Positions 1-10,479 of a stretch of DNA of 58,909 nucleotides are shown here, piece after piece. Positions within the stretch are counted from its first letter, which is position 1, and each line of letters starts with the position of its first letter. The notes under the pieces are model-generated. The model made no database searches, had not been told where the DNA came from, and was given only the letters and a program-made list of their open reading frames with translations. The stretch comes from an uncultured Clostridia bacterium (GTDB lineage Bacteria > Bacillota > Clostridia > TANB77 > CAG-465): contig CALXBS010000004.1 of assembly GCA_944386605.1 (NCBI GenBank), positions 1 to 58,909 of the forward strand, read 5' to 3'. The translations under genes were made by a program, and so were the position numbers.

Positions 1-107
1 ATTCCAATTTTTCTTTAATTCTAATCTTGCATTTTCTACAATATTTTCATTTAATATATTTTCTATACTTGTAGGTATCTTCATAGTTTCACCTCTTTCA
101 TTTTATC

Positions 108-1484
108 TTACCATTCACATTCTAAATAAGCTAATAATATTTTTATAGTTTTTTCACAAGAACTAATATACATTTTTTCATTTACAGTATGAAAATCTTC
201 TATGATACTTCCAATAGAAATTATATCTAACTCCATTATTCTCTTAGCAATACAACTACATTCTAGTCCTCCATGTGTAATTTCAAAGTCAGGATATTCT
301 CTATTTACTTTATAATAAATATTTGTGTAATCCTCTTTTAGCTTTGACTTTATATTAGGTATCCATGCTGGATCTTGATAAATTTCTTCAACTTCAAAAT
401 TATTGTTATTAGAAATAAGATAATTTTCACTATTTTGTTTATGTAATTCTTTTTCTTCTATACTTCTTAAAATTCCTGTTATAATAACTTTATCCTGTAT
501 AGTTTGTATCATTCCTATATTTCCTGATGTAATTATATTATTTTTAGTTTGAATAAGTCCTTGTTTTAAATTTATTACTTCATTAATGATTTTTTTACTA
601 TCTCCGATTGAAAAAGATAATTCATTTTGTGTTTTATCTACCTGTATCTGTACATTATCTTCTAACAAACTCTTTTCAATCTTATTTTCTATACTTTTAA
701 TTCTAGTTTTTATGATACATTCACATGAAGTTGCTATATCTCCTTCTGACTTTCCTCCTGAAATCTCGCAAATTAACACATCATCTTCTTTTTGTAATTT
801 TTGTATTATTTTAGCCATTATTATAATTGCACTCTTATTACTTCTTTCAATTTCTATACCAGAATTACCACCTTGTACATTGTATATCCTTATTTTATAA
901 GATGGTATGTTATTTCCAATTTGTTTTCCTTTAAAAATATATTTGTTACATATATCTGCATCACAGCCTATAACAATTGAATTATCTTTGCAATGGTCTA
1001 AATTAATCAATCTTTTTCCATTTAATTTTGAATAATCAAAGCTTACTGCACCATTAAAAGTTGTTTCTTCCTCAGTTGTAAATAAACATTCTAAATCTGG
1101 ATGTTTTATTTTACTACTTTCTAGTATTAACAACATAATAGCTAATCCAATTCCTTGATCTGCACCTAATGAAGTATCTTTTGCTGATATAACATCACCG
1201 TTCTTAATTATTTCAATTGGATCTATATCAAAATTATGATTACTATTCTCCCTCTTTACACATACCATATCTACATGTGCTTGTAATATTACTGGCTCAT
1301 TGTTTTCTTTGTTTCCGTGCTTTTTTATTAAAACATTGTTACTTCTATCTCTATAACATTCCAAATTATTTTCTTTAGCAAATATTTCTAAGAAATCAGC
1401 AAATTTCTTTTCTTTGCCAGATTCTCTTGGTATTTGTGATATTTTATAAAATAATTCTAAAAATCTATTTGTTATTTTATTCAT
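108..1484 (-). CDS. pepD: aminoacyl-histidine dipeptidase (peptidase M20C, PepD-like)
   Basis: 458-aa ORF. PepD-type motifs are LQAHVDMV, SLGADQGIGLA and FTTEEETTFNGA. Overall layout matches E. coli PepD. Confidence 0.85.
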   Translation of the reverse strand: MNKITNRFLELFYKISQIPRESGKEKKFADFLEIFAKENNLECYRDRSNNVLIKKHGNKENNEPVILQAHVDMVCVKRENSNHNFDIDPIEIIKNGDVISAKDTSLGADQGIGLAIMLLILESSKIKHPDLECLFTTEEETTFNGAVSFDYSKLNGKRLINLDHCKDNSIVIGCDADICNKYIFKGKQIGNNIPSYKIRIYNVQGGNSGIEIERSNKSAIIIMAKIIQKLQKEDDVLICEISGGKSEGDIATSCECIIKTRIKSIENKIEKSLLEDNVQIQVDKTQNELSFSIGDSKKIINEVINLKQGLIQTKNNIITSGNIGMIQTIQDKVIITGILRSIEEKELHKQNSENYLISNNNNFEVEEIYQDPAWIPNIKSKLKEDYTNIYYKVNREYPDFEITHGGLECSCIAKRIMELDIISIGSIIEDFHTVNEKMYISSCEKTIKILLAYLECEW

Positions 1485-1522
1485 CTTTTACCTCACTAAC
1501 ACTTTATGTTCTTTCTCCTGTA

Positions 1523-2161
1523 TCACTTTTTCAAAATAAATTCCCATAAGGCTTTTTTTCTATTTAATCTAACTGTTACATTTTCATTTAAAACTATAAC
1601 ATCCCATCCATTAGTTAAAATATCAAACTGTTCTTTATTAAATAATCGAAAATACCTTCCATAATCATAGTAAAAATTTTTTTCAATTTCTTTAGTAGTT
1701 TCTTTTATATATCCTTCATTTTTATCTGAATTCACTCTTCCTATAAATAAACCATTTGTCTTTAATATTCTATGTATTTCATTAAATATATTTTTAGTAT
1801 TTTCCATATCAAAATAATGAATTGAGAGGTTAGCATCAATTAAACCTATTGAGTTATCTTCAAAAGGTAATTTTTCTTTAATATCAATTTGCATAGTGTT
1901 ACTTTCTGGTATTAATTCCTTCAATTTATTTAAGGCTATATCTGAAATATCACAAGAGATAACATCAAAGCCTTTATCTAATAGCCACTTTGTATCTTGA
2001 CCTATACCACATCCTAAATCTATTACTTTCTTAGATTCGACATTCATTATTTCTTCACTATATTTTTCCATCCAACTATCTTTCATAAAATCCGTTTTAT
2101 TATTCTTTATATTATCTTCCCAATACCCATTATTCCAATATTCTTTACTATTTTCTAACAT
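1523..2161 (-). CDS. class I SAM-dependent methyltransferase
   Basis: SAM-binding motif I is VIDLGCGIGQD. I moved the start to ATG 2161, behind a GAGGAGAAAGG RBS; the track's start at 2176 is a TTG inside that RBS. Confidence 0.75.
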   Translation of the reverse strand: MLENSKEYWNNGYWEDNIKNNKTDFMKDSWMEKYSEEIMNVESKKVIDLGCGIGQDTKWLLDKGFDVISCDISDIALNKLKELIPESNTMQIDIKEKLPFEDNSIGLIDANLSIHYFDMENTKNIFNEIHRILKTNGLFIGRVNSDKNEGYIKETTKEIEKNFYYDYGRYFRLFNKEQFDILTNGWDVIVLNENVTVRLNRKKALWEFILKK

Positions 2162-2405
2162 AACCTTTCTCCTCAATTTATGATATAACTATTCTACCAT
2201 AAAAGCTAAAAAAAAGAAAGTGCTTTCAAAACACTTTCAATTAATTTTTATCTCCAAACATTTTAAATTTTCTGCTCTATAAATTACTGCTCCGAGCACC
2301 ATATCAACTTCTATCGTTACTTTAATTTTATAATTTTCTGTTCTTTTAATCTTTTTTACCTTTTCTATCAAAAGTAATAAAATCTAAAAAAACAGTAAAC
2401 TCAAA

Positions 2406-3776
2406 CTATTTTATCGTATCTTTTAGACATAGCAACGCTACACATTCCACATTACTTGTCTGTGGAAACATATCAACAGGAACAATCTCTACAACATTAT
2501 AGCAACGTTCAAGAAGTTTTAAATCTCTAGCAAGCGTTGAAGGCTTACAACTAACATATCCAATTTTCTTTGGCCTAAATTGTAATAAATATTCTATACT
2601 TTTTTCATCTAGCCCTTTTCTTGGTGGATCTACCACAATAACATCTGGTACAATATTTCTTTTTTGAAATTCTACTATTTTTTCTTCTACACTTCCAGCT
2701 ATATACTCCGCATTCTTAACTTGGTTATTTTGAATATTTATATTTGCCATTTGAACTGCTTGTTTTTCTATTTCAATACCATACACTTTTCCTACAAAAT
2801 CGCTTAAGAAAATACCAATAGACCCCACCCCACTATATAAATCAAATAGGGTTTCATCTCCTTTTAAATGTAACATTTTTCTTAATGTCTCATATAACAC
2901 TTCTGCTTGTATTGTATTTACCTGAAAAAATGACTTAGGAGATATAGCATATTTCTTTTCTCCAATATAATCAAAAATATATTCTTTTCCAGAAAGCAAT
3001 ACTTCTTCTTTTCCTAAAATTTCATTTGTTTTACTATCATTTATATTAACATAAACACTAACAATATCCTCAACATTTTGCTCCATTAAAATAGCTATCT
3101 TTTTTAATCTATCTAAAAAATCCCTCTCCTTATGATTGACTATAATAACTATCATTACTTCTCCTGTGTGTAGTCCTCGTCTTACCATAATGTGTCGAAT
3201 ATCTCCAACATTTCTTTTCTCATCATATCCACTAAACTCATTTTCTTTTAAAATCGTAAAAACATACTTTGCAATTGCGTCCAAACGCTCATTTTGAATA
3301 GGGCATTCCGTATTTTGAATCAAATCATGACTACGTTTTGCATAAAATCCCATTTCCATTTCACCATTTGCATTTGCTCTTATCGGGTATTGCACCTTAT
3401 TCCTATAATAAAGTGGAATTCCCATACCAAGAGTAGAATGTAATGTTTGATATTCTACTTTTTGTTTTAGTAACACATTTTTTACCATTTCTTGCTTTAA
3501 AAGAAGTTGCTCAGAATAAGAAAGATGTTGTGCGTTACATCCACCACATCTTTTATACACCTCACAAAAAGGTTCACATCTGTTTTCACTTTTGGTTAAA
3601 AAAGCTTCTATTTTTCCAATTGCATAAGAACGATTCTTCTTAATAATTTTGATTTTTACTTTTTCTCCTTTAATAGCACCTGGTACAAAGATTACCATAT
3701 CTTCTTTTTTAGCAATTCCTTCTAAATCCATTCCATGGTCTATTATCTCTAATTCACATTCTTCATTTTTTTCCAT
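2406..3776 (-). CDS. rlmD: 23S rRNA (uracil-5)-methyltransferase, RumA/RlmD family
   Basis: N-terminal TRAM-like domain, Fe-S Cys cluster (CEPFCEVYKRCGGC), SAM motif DLYSGVGSIG and C-terminal catalytic region VSCKPSTLARD. Confidence 0.85.
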   Translation of the reverse strand: MEKNEECELEIIDHGMDLEGIAKKEDMVIFVPGAIKGEKVKIKIIKKNRSYAIGKIEAFLTKSENRCEPFCEVYKRCGGCNAQHLSYSEQLLLKQEMVKNVLLKQKVEYQTLHSTLGMGIPLYYRNKVQYPIRANANGEMEMGFYAKRSHDLIQNTECPIQNERLDAIAKYVFTILKENEFSGYDEKRNVGDIRHIMVRRGLHTGEVMIVIIVNHKERDFLDRLKKIAILMEQNVEDIVSVYVNINDSKTNEILGKEEVLLSGKEYIFDYIGEKKYAISPKSFFQVNTIQAEVLYETLRKMLHLKGDETLFDLYSGVGSIGIFLSDFVGKVYGIEIEKQAVQMANINIQNNQVKNAEYIAGSVEEKIVEFQKRNIVPDVIVVDPPRKGLDEKSIEYLLQFRPKKIGYVSCKPSTLARDLKLLERCYNVVEIVPVDMFPQTSNVECVALLCLKDTIK

Positions 3777-3787
3777 GAACGTTTCTC

Positions 3788-4345
3788 CTATCTATCTACA
3801 TACTCACATATAATATGCTCTTCTACTAAATTTCCCTCTACATCCATTATACTTTGATCATACAAAGACTTTGCAGGAAAAAAGAAAACATAAGGTGCAG
3901 TGACAATCGCAAGAATTAAGGCAATCTTTTTCTTTGTTTTTTCATCTATATCTGCTTTTTTCAAAGCAATTTTTTGATTAAAAAGATAAATTGCAACTGC
4001 TGAAATGAAAGTGGCAATTGCTACATACAAAAATCCATATATATTTTGAAACGGATTAATCGTTGCTGCAATTGTAATATCCTTTAAAATTCCTTCCGAA
4101 GGGAAAAATTGAGTTAATAACAGTATAACTGAACCTAGCATGTCTGCTATAAAGCCAAATATCCAAATTTTAAAAATACATTTTTTATATTGTTCTTTAA
4201 TAGTGGTAATTTTAAAAACTTTTAAAGCAATTAAAAAAACAATGGTATCAATGATAAAATTGGCTGGAAGTACAAAAATCCAACTCATAGGAAACATCAT
4301 TAAAAACCAAATTGGAAATATAACATTATATAATTTCTTTTTCAT
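3788..4345 (-). CDS. hypothetical multi-pass membrane protein
   Basis: Several hydrophobic helices. ATG 4345 is preceded by an AAAGGAG RBS. No family recognised. Confidence 0.5.
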   Translation of the reverse strand: MKKKLYNVIFPIWFLMMFPMSWIFVLPANFIIDTIVFLIALKVFKITTIKEQYKKCIFKIWIFGFIADMLGSVILLLTQFFPSEGILKDITIAATINPFQNIYGFLYVAIATFISAVAIYLFNQKIALKKADIDEKTKKKIALILAIVTAPYVFFFPAKSLYDQSIMDVEGNLVEEHIICEYVDR

Positions 4346-4531
4346 AATAACTCCTTTACACATACTACTATTATACCACGTCTATCATTATTAATCTATA
4401 CTATCTTTCATTTTATTTTATACTTTCTTTTTATATTTTTTCTTTTTATTTTTGTCACAACCAACAAATAAAGAGAATATAGTATATTAAGTTAGATAAA
4501 ACATCTAACAAACTTCAAAGGAGTGTTATAT

Positions 4532-4657
4532 ATGTGCAAAGACAATTCTATATTATGGTTTCTTTTACTCCTATTCATATTTTTCGGATGTAATTGTAGA
4601 GATAATTCATCTACACCATTGAGCTTTGATACTTTTTTTGAGTTAGAAAGCTCATAA
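4532..4657 (+). CDS. small hydrophobic peptide (41 aa), possible tiny lipoprotein or membrane peptide
   Basis: Not in the ORF track because it is under 60 aa. An AAAGGAG RBS lies 8 nt before the ATG. Sequence is MCKDNSILWFLLLLFIFFGCNCRDNSSTPLSFDTFFELESS. It sits 23 nt upstream of the Cys-rich ORF. Confidence 0.35.
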   Translation: MCKDNSILWFLLLLFIFFGCNCRDNSSTPLSFDTFFELESS

Positions 4658-4680
4658 ATGAAAAAAGAGGTGAATTGACA

Positions 4681-4842
4681 ATGGATGAAAGATGCGGATG
4701 CGGATGTGGATGCAACAGTGGTTGCGGATGTGGATGCAACACTGGTTGTGGATGTGGATGCAACAATGGCGTATTCGGTGGTGGAAACTGCTGCATATGG
4801 ATTATCTTAATCATAATCGTTTTATGTTGTTGCTGTTGCTAA
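4681..4842 (+). CDS. Cys/Gly-rich tiny membrane protein (53 aa), architecture like YjcZ-type sporulation peptides
   Basis: Not in the ORF track. An AAGAGGTGA RBS lies 7 nt before the ATG. Sequence is MDERCGCGCGCNSGCGCGCNTGCGCGCNNGVFGGGNCCIWIILIIIVLCCCCC. A strong terminator follows. The two track ORFs here (4611..4814 - and 4692..4913 +) are off-frame readings of the same repeat. Confidence 0.55.
   Translation: MDERCGCGCGCNSGCGCGCNTGCGCGCNNGVFGGGNCCIWIILIIIVLCCCCC
4693..4770 (+). repeat. three tandem in-frame units (30+24+24 nt) encoding CGCGC(GC)NxG
   Basis: tgcggatgcggatgtggatgcaacagtggt / tgcggatgtggatgcaacactggt / tgtggatgtggatgcaacaatggc. Confidence 0.85.
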
Positions 4843-4871
4843 TAAATTGCACATACTATAATGTATTACAT

Positions 4872-4900
4872 AAAAAGTACCACGCTTGTGGTACTTTTTT
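4872..4900. terminator. bidirectional rho-independent terminator
   Basis: AAAAGTACCAC-gctt-GTGGTACTTTTTT, between the convergent peptide operon (+) and the LytTR gene (-). Confidence 0.75.
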
Positions 4901-5567
4901 AATTTTCTTTTAAAAACTGAATAAATTTCTCTCTTGTCTCTTTACATTTTAACTGACTAATAGGGATTTTTTCACCTGTTTTTAAGAGCAAATCTTTTGC
5001 CTTCATTTCTCTTACCATATCAAAATTAACAATATAACTTTGATGACACCTTACAAAATAATTTGGTAAAACTTCTTCCAAATCACTTAATTTTAAATAT
5101 ATTTTTCTGTCTAAATCTTGTTCATGAATGATAGCAGTTCTCTTTTCACTTTCTATATATTTGATATCAGAAAACTTAATAATAACAATATTTCCTTTTA
5201 ATGCAATACATAAACTATCTTTTTGACAAAAAAGTAATTTTTTCTCGTTTTGTAATTCTAGCTCTTTTTGACTGACTAAATAAGATAATAATTTATTAAT
5301 TAAATGATATTCCTCTTCATTTTGAGACGATAAATAGAATACAGGTATTGGTAATTTAGCTTGTACCACATATTTTATGATTTCTAAATGATTTTCCTTC
5401 ATCAAACGAAAATCTAAAAATAAACTAATTACCTCATATTCTTCCAAAATTTTTATAAGTTCTTTTAAATTTTTAAAAGAAAGTATCTGATAATTTGGAT
5501 TATTTTGAAAAATTTTTCCCCATTTTTCAGATAAACTAAAACTTTGCTCCATTGCTATATAAACCAT
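4899..5567 (-). CDS. LytTR-family DNA-binding protein with a degenerate receiver-like N-terminus
   Basis: C-terminal LytTR signature (FVRCHQSYIVNFDMV...). The N-terminus lacks the acidic DD pair of canonical receivers. Confidence 0.7.
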   Translation of the reverse strand: MVYIAMEQSFSLSEKWGKIFQNNPNYQILSFKNLKELIKILEEYEVISLFLDFRLMKENHLEIIKYVVQAKLPIPVFYLSSQNEEEYHLINKLLSYLVSQKELELQNEKKLLFCQKDSLCIALKGNIVIIKFSDIKYIESEKRTAIIHEQDLDRKIYLKLSDLEEVLPNYFVRCHQSYIVNFDMVREMKAKDLLLKTGEKIPISQLKCKETREKFIQFLKEN

Positions 5568-5701
5568 ATGTCCTCCTCTTTTTATAGATAACTGATTCTT
5601 TCACTATATTAATAGATCCCATTTTGTTCCTTTTTGTTGCAAAAAGTTTTATTTTTTTACATTATCTTAAAAGAAAAGGAAAGTTTTTTTACAAAAAGCA
5701 T

Positions 5702-5745
5702 AAAAATCCCTTATTATATCCGTTCATATAATAAGGGAATTATTT
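5702..5745 (-). terminator. rho-independent terminator downstream of uvrA
   Basis: 13-bp perfect stem TCCCTTATTATAT-ccgttc-ATATAATAAGGGA, flanked by A/T runs. Confidence 0.8.
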
Positions 5746-8583
5746 TTATTTTAACATCTTTTTAAGAAATAAACCTGTATAACTTTCTTCACATTGTGCA
5801 ATTTTTTCAGGAGTTCCTGTTGCAAGAATTGTGCCTCCATTATCTCCTCCCTCTGGCCCTAAATCAACAATATAATCAGCTGATTTAATAACATCTAAAT
5901 TATGTTCAATCACAATCAATGTATTATTTGCATCTGTCAGTCTTTGCAAAATTTTAATTAGCTTATTTACATCATCCATATGTAAGCCTGTCGTTGGTTC
6001 ATCTAAAATATATAATGTCTGTCCAGTAGATCTTTTAGATAATTCTGTTGCAAGTTTTATTCTTTGTGCCTCTCCTCCTGAAAGAGTTGTAGAAGATTGA
6101 CCAAGTTTAATATATCCTAATCCAACATCTAATAGCGTTTGTAATTTATTAAAAATAGTAGGAACATGTTGAAAAAAGGTTGCTGCCTCTTCTACTGTCA
6201 TATCTAAAACATCACTAATACTTTTTCCTTTATATTTTACTTCTAAAGTCTCTCTACTATATCTTTTTCCTTTACATACCTCACAAGGCACATAAACATC
6301 TGGCAAAAAGTGCATTTCAATTTTAATAATACCATCTCCAGAACAAGCCTCACATCTTCCTCCTGGAATATTAAAACTAAATCTACCTTTTTGGTATCCT
6401 CTCATTTTTGCCTCATTAGTAGAAGCAAATAAATCTCTAATTGGATCAAACATTCCTGTATAAGTAGCTGGATTAGAGCGAGGTGTTCTACCAATTGGTG
6501 ACTGATCAATATTAATTACTTTATCAATTTTTTCTAATCCTAAAATTTCTTTATGCAATCCTGGTTTGGTAATTGCTCGATTAATCTTTTTAGCAGCAGA
6601 TTTATATAATATTTCATTTACCAAAGTAGACTTTCCACTACCAGATACCCCTGTTACACAAGTAAATAAGCCTACTGGAAATTTGACATTGATATTTTTT
6701 AAATTATGTTCTTTTGCACCTTTTACTTCAATATATCCGTTTTTAGCTTTTCTTCTTGTTTTTGGTACCTCTATCTTTAATTTTCCACTAAGATATTTTC
6801 CTGTAATCGATTCTTCGCAATCTAATATCTTATCTGGTGTTCCAGCAAATACAACATTTCCACCATGTACACCTGCTTTTGGACCAATATCAACGATATA
6901 GTCTGCTTGATTCATCGTATCTTCGTCATGCTCTACTACGATTAATGTATTTCCCAAATCACGCATTTTTTTTAAAGAATTTAATAATTTTTCATTATCT
7001 CTTTGATGAAGTCCTATACTTGGTTCATCTAAAATATACAATACTCCAGTAAGCCCAGAACCAATTTGAGTTGCAAGACGAATTCTTTGTGATTCCCCAC
7101 CAGATAGGGTACCCGCACTTCTAGATAAAGTTAAATAAGAAAGACCTACATCAATTAAAAATTGTAATCTACTATTTAATTCTTTAATAATCTGCTCTGC
7201 AATCATTTTATTTTTTTGTGACATCTTTGTCTCATATACATTGTTTATAAATTCTTTAATGTTCTTAATATTTTTATTACATAACTCATAAATATTAATA
7301 CCACCAACTTTTACGGCTAATGCCTCTTTCTTTAATCTTGCTCCATCACATGCATCGCAATGACTCGTAGACATAAATTGCTCATAATATAGCTTCATTC
7401 CAGCAGATTTTGTCTCTGCAAATCTTCTTTCTAATGTATGTACAACACCCTCAAATTCTGCTTCAAATTCACGTTTTAGTGTTTTAGATTCATGATTAAA
7501 TTTGATCAGCTCACCATTGCTACCATATAGCAATACCTGCATAAACTTTTCTGGTAAATCTTTTAATTTGGTATTTGGATCTACTTGATAATGATTGCAA
7601 AGTCCATTAATATACATCCTACTAATGTTATCTACAATCGTTCCTGCACCAGACCATCCTTTAATTGCACCATAATCATTTAACTTTTTATCTTTATTTG
7701 GCATAATTTTTTCTACATCAATTTTTAGCAATTCACCTAATCCTGTACAATCAGGACATGCACCAAATGGACTATTAAAAGAAAACATTCTAGGGGTTAA
7801 CTCTTCTATATTAATTCCACAATCAGGACATGCATAATTTTGACTAAAAAGTTGTTCTTCTCCATCAACTTTTGCTACCATGACCAAATTATTTGCATGA
7901 TGAGAAGCAAGTTCTACAGAATCTGCAATTCTTTGTCTATCTTTAGAAGATACCACAATTCTATCTACAATAATTTCAATATTATGCTTCTTTTGTTTAT
8001 CTAAACTTGGAATTTCATCAGATAAATCAACCATATTTCCATCTACTCGAACACGAATAAATCCATCTCTTAAAGTCTGTTCAAAAAATTTAACATACTC
8101 ACCTTTTTTTCCTCTTACAACTGGTGCCATGATAAGAATTTTAGTTCCTTCTTCATATTCTAATATTTGATCTACAATTTCATCTACTGTTTGCTTTTTA
8201 ATCCTTTTTCCACAATTAGGACAATATGGAACCCCCACTCTTGCATATAGTAATCTTAAATAATCATAAATTTCTGTTACAGTCCCAACAGTAGAACGTG
8301 GATTCTTAGAAGTTGTCTTTTGATCAATTGAAATGGCTGGAGAAAGTCCTTCAATAGATTCTACATCTGGTTTTTCCATTAATCCTAAAAACTGCCTTGC
8401 ATAAGAAGATAAAGATTCTACATATCTTCTTTGACCTTCGGCATAAATCGTATCAAAAGCAAGTGAAGATTTTCCACTGCCTGAAAGACCTGTAAACACC
8501 ACTAACTGGTTTCTTGGAATTTCAAGATTTATGTCTTTTAAATTATTTTCTTTTGCGCCTTTTATTATTATTTTCTCATTCAT
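5746..8583 (-). CDS. uvrA: excinuclease ABC subunit A
   Basis: 945 aa. Two ABC ATPase modules (GLSGSGKSS and [14 protein letters not shown] signatures) plus zinc-finger CxxC pairs. Confidence 0.97.
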   Translation of the reverse strand: MNEKIIIKGAKENNLKDINLEIPRNQLVVFTGLSGSGKSSLAFDTIYAEGQRRYVESLSSYARQFLGLMEKPDVESIEGLSPAISIDQKTTSKNPRSTVGTVTEIYDYLRLLYARVGVPYCPNCGKRIKKQTVDEIVDQILEYEEGTKILIMAPVVRGKKGEYVKFFEQTLRDGFIRVRVDGNMVDLSDEIPSLDKQKKHNIEIIVDRIVVSSKDRQRIADSVELASHHANNLVMVAKVDGEEQLFSQNYACPDCGINIEELTPRMFSFNSPFGACPDCTGLGELLKIDVEKIMPNKDKKLNDYGAIKGWSGAGTIVDNISRMYINGLCNHYQVDPNTKLKDLPEKFMQVLLYGSNGELIKFNHESKTLKREFEAEFEGVVHTLERRFAETKSAGMKLYYEQFMSTSHCDACDGARLKKEALAVKVGGINIYELCNKNIKNIKEFINNVYETKMSQKNKMIAEQIIKELNSRLQFLIDVGLSYLTLSRSAGTLSGGESQRIRLATQIGSGLTGVLYILDEPSIGLHQRDNEKLLNSLKKMRDLGNTLIVVEHDEDTMNQADYIVDIGPKAGVHGGNVVFAGTPDKILDCEESITGKYLSGKLKIEVPKTRRKAKNGYIEVKGAKEHNLKNINVKFPVGLFTCVTGVSGSGKSTLVNEILYKSAAKKINRAITKPGLHKEILGLEKIDKVINIDQSPIGRTPRSNPATYTGMFDPIRDLFASTNEAKMRGYQKGRFSFNIPGGRCEACSGDGIIKIEMHFLPDVYVPCEVCKGKRYSRETLEVKYKGKSISDVLDMTVEEAATFFQHVPTIFNKLQTLLDVGLGYIKLGQSSTTLSGGEAQRIKLATELSKRSTGQTLYILDEPTTGLHMDDVNKLIKILQRLTDANNTLIVIEHNLDVIKSADYIVDLGPEGGDNGGTILATGTPEKIAQCEESYTGLFLKKMLK

Positions 8584-8608
8584 AATTAACTCCTTAAAAT
8601 TCGCTATT

Positions 8609-8638
8609 ATTATATACTATAAACGTTTGTTTTGTCAA
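8609..8638 (-). promoter_or_regulatory. putative uvrA sigma-A promoter with a LexA-box-like palindrome in the spacer
   Basis: Minus strand reads TTGACA-18 nt-TATAAT. The spacer contains AAACaaacGTTT, which resembles the Firmicute GAAC-N4-GTTC SOS box with two symmetric mismatches. Confidence 0.4.
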
Positions 8639-8712
8639 CATTTGTTTCCTATTTTCTAAAACTTACCAATTGACAAAAAAACAACTATATATGATAATCT
8701 ATATAGGAGAGG

Positions 8713-10449
8713 ATGATCATGTTAAAAAAAGTTATCATAACTATCTTAATTCTTTTGGTGGTAATTGGATTATGTATTGGTGGATATTTTGCATATTCCT
8801 ATTTAACAGCACCAACGGATCTAAAAGTATATTTAAATGAAAAAGAATTTACTTTAGGAAATACCGATTTACAAACCTATTCTACAGACCTTTATATAAA
8901 TTGGGATAATCAAAATTTTAAAGTAACTTGTAATGGATATGAAATATTACCAAATACTTTATTAAATGAAAGTGGTACTTATCAAATTATATTTGCATTT
9001 AAAAAAGTATCTCATGAAATTAATATTGAAATTGATAAAAGTCTTACCTTTACCCTACAAGATTATGATGGAAATGAAATTCATAATTATACTACAAATA
9101 CAAAACCTTTTATGGTTATTTCTGAAGATTCAAGCTTAAAAATTAACAATCTATCACAAGATTTATCTTATGGATTCTACGAAGCAGGTGATTATAAATT
9201 TACTTCTAAAAACTTTGATACAAGGATTATTAAATTAAATGGAATACAAAGTCCTAATGAATATCATTTTTATATTACTTCTGCCATGCTTCCAACACTA
9301 TATATGGCATTAGATTTAAGTAAAACTGCTCTTCCAAGTTATGTTTGGTACACAGAAACAGACCTTCTTAATCAAGAGGTACTAAGTCAAAATGAAAATA
9401 TTACACTTTTACCATATATTGGTCAAGCAAACAAGCTTACAACGGATGTCGTTACACAAATTCAAACTACCATTCAAGAGATTTTAAATAACGATTCTAA
9501 TGCATATTTTCATCTTTATACAGATGATACTTTCCATTGGTTAGAATACCCTATCTTTGCCGAACTAGGTTTAGAAGACGCTCGATATGATATCACTTAT
9601 TATTCAGATGGTTATACCAATTATATTCATTTAAATGGATATCCTTATTCGGGTGAAGATGGATACAAACAATTTTTAGAAGTACAACAAGAACAACTAA
9701 AACTATTGCATGAAGTAAGATCTAATAAATATCATCATGAAACTAATCAATATTTACTAGGATATTTACCTGATAAATATGACTACAAAAATGAATATAT
9801 TTTCCCTTCTTCTTCAAGAGAAAATGTAAGCTATGTTCTTCTTTATCCAGAGTTAATTCAGTTTCAAGATACTAAAATTACAGAAGTAATTTTAGACGAT
9901 CATTTCATAAAAGCATCTCCACAAGATCTTTATGAAGAACTTACAACCGATCAAAAAGAAACATTTTTAAACATCACTTATTTTTCTCAAGAAGAATTTG
10001 ATAATACTTACTTTTCAGAAGGAAATAAAACTCCTTATTTAATTATTACAGGCACTTCTTCCCTTGATGAAAATATAGGAATTGAAACATTTGAAAGTTA
10101 TATAAAATTGATTTATCAGACGTACAAAGAAGATTACCAACTATTATACCAACCTCCTTCTTTTGCAAAATTAGATAAGACTTATCAAGAAATATTAGAA
10201 AAATATGACATTACTATATTACCAGAAGACTTACCTATTGAAATGATTCCTATTATTTACGAAAATGTTTATTTTGGTGGTTTTAGTAATAGCCTATACT
10301 TAACCATTCCTAATCAAAAAGTTTTGTTTTTCTTTATGGAAGAAGACGAAGAATTAATTAGTCCTTTAGATATATTATTTGAAGACACCTCTTTAATTTA
10401 TCCGAAAAATATAACTGAAGAAACACTTCCAATTGACAAACAAAGCTAA
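8713..10449 (+). CDS. hypothetical membrane-anchored protein
   Basis: 578 aa with a single N-terminal TM helix. The start may instead be ATG 8719, which is better spaced from the AGGAGAGG RBS. No family recognised. Confidence 0.6.
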   Translation: MIMLKKVIITILILLVVIGLCIGGYFAYSYLTAPTDLKVYLNEKEFTLGNTDLQTYSTDLYINWDNQNFKVTCNGYEILPNTLLNESGTYQIIFAFKKVSHEINIEIDKSLTFTLQDYDGNEIHNYTTNTKPFMVISEDSSLKINNLSQDLSYGFYEAGDYKFTSKNFDTRIIKLNGIQSPNEYHFYITSAMLPTLYMALDLSKTALPSYVWYTETDLLNQEVLSQNENITLLPYIGQANKLTTDVVTQIQTTIQEILNNDSNAYFHLYTDDTFHWLEYPIFAELGLEDARYDITYYSDGYTNYIHLNGYPYSGEDGYKQFLEVQQEQLKLLHEVRSNKYHHETNQYLLGYLPDKYDYKNEYIFPSSSRENVSYVLLYPELIQFQDTKITEVILDDHFIKASPQDLYEELTTDQKETFLNITYFSQEEFDNTYFSEGNKTPYLIITGTSSLDENIGIETFESYIKLIYQTYKEDYQLLYQPPSFAKLDKTYQEILEKYDITILPEDLPIEMIPIIYENVYFGGFSNSLYLTIPNQKVLFFFMEEDEELISPLDILFEDTSLIYPKNITEETLPIDKQS

Positions 10450-10479
10450 ATTGTATAAAATAAACTTAGGAGAACCACA

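Noticed and set aside
586-900. Short antisense or overlapping track ORFs inside well-supported genes: 586..900, 3443..3643, 6566..7052, 11845..12105, 14000..14324, 19436..19816, 25355..25628, 27845..28182, 31044..31339, 36361..36582, 37107..37364, 41117..41520, 42836..43078, 53392..53810 (-) and 57889..58137
   Set aside because: They have low-complexity or hydrophobic translations typical of AT-rich antisense frames, no RBS, and full overlap with genes that have clear homology or signals.
2230-2400. 45-aa minus-strand ORF (TTG start) between rlmD and the hairpin at about 2215-2240
   Set aside because: It has no RBS, a non-ATG start and no recognisable family. It was left uncalled.
4611-4913. 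Track ORFs 4611..4814 (-) with HPHPQP repeats and 4692..4913 (+) with MRMRMWMQQW repeats
   Set aside because: Both are alternative-frame or antisense readings of the 24-nt tandem repeat. Neither has an RBS. The frame starting at 4681 has a good RBS and ends at the terminator, so it is preferred.
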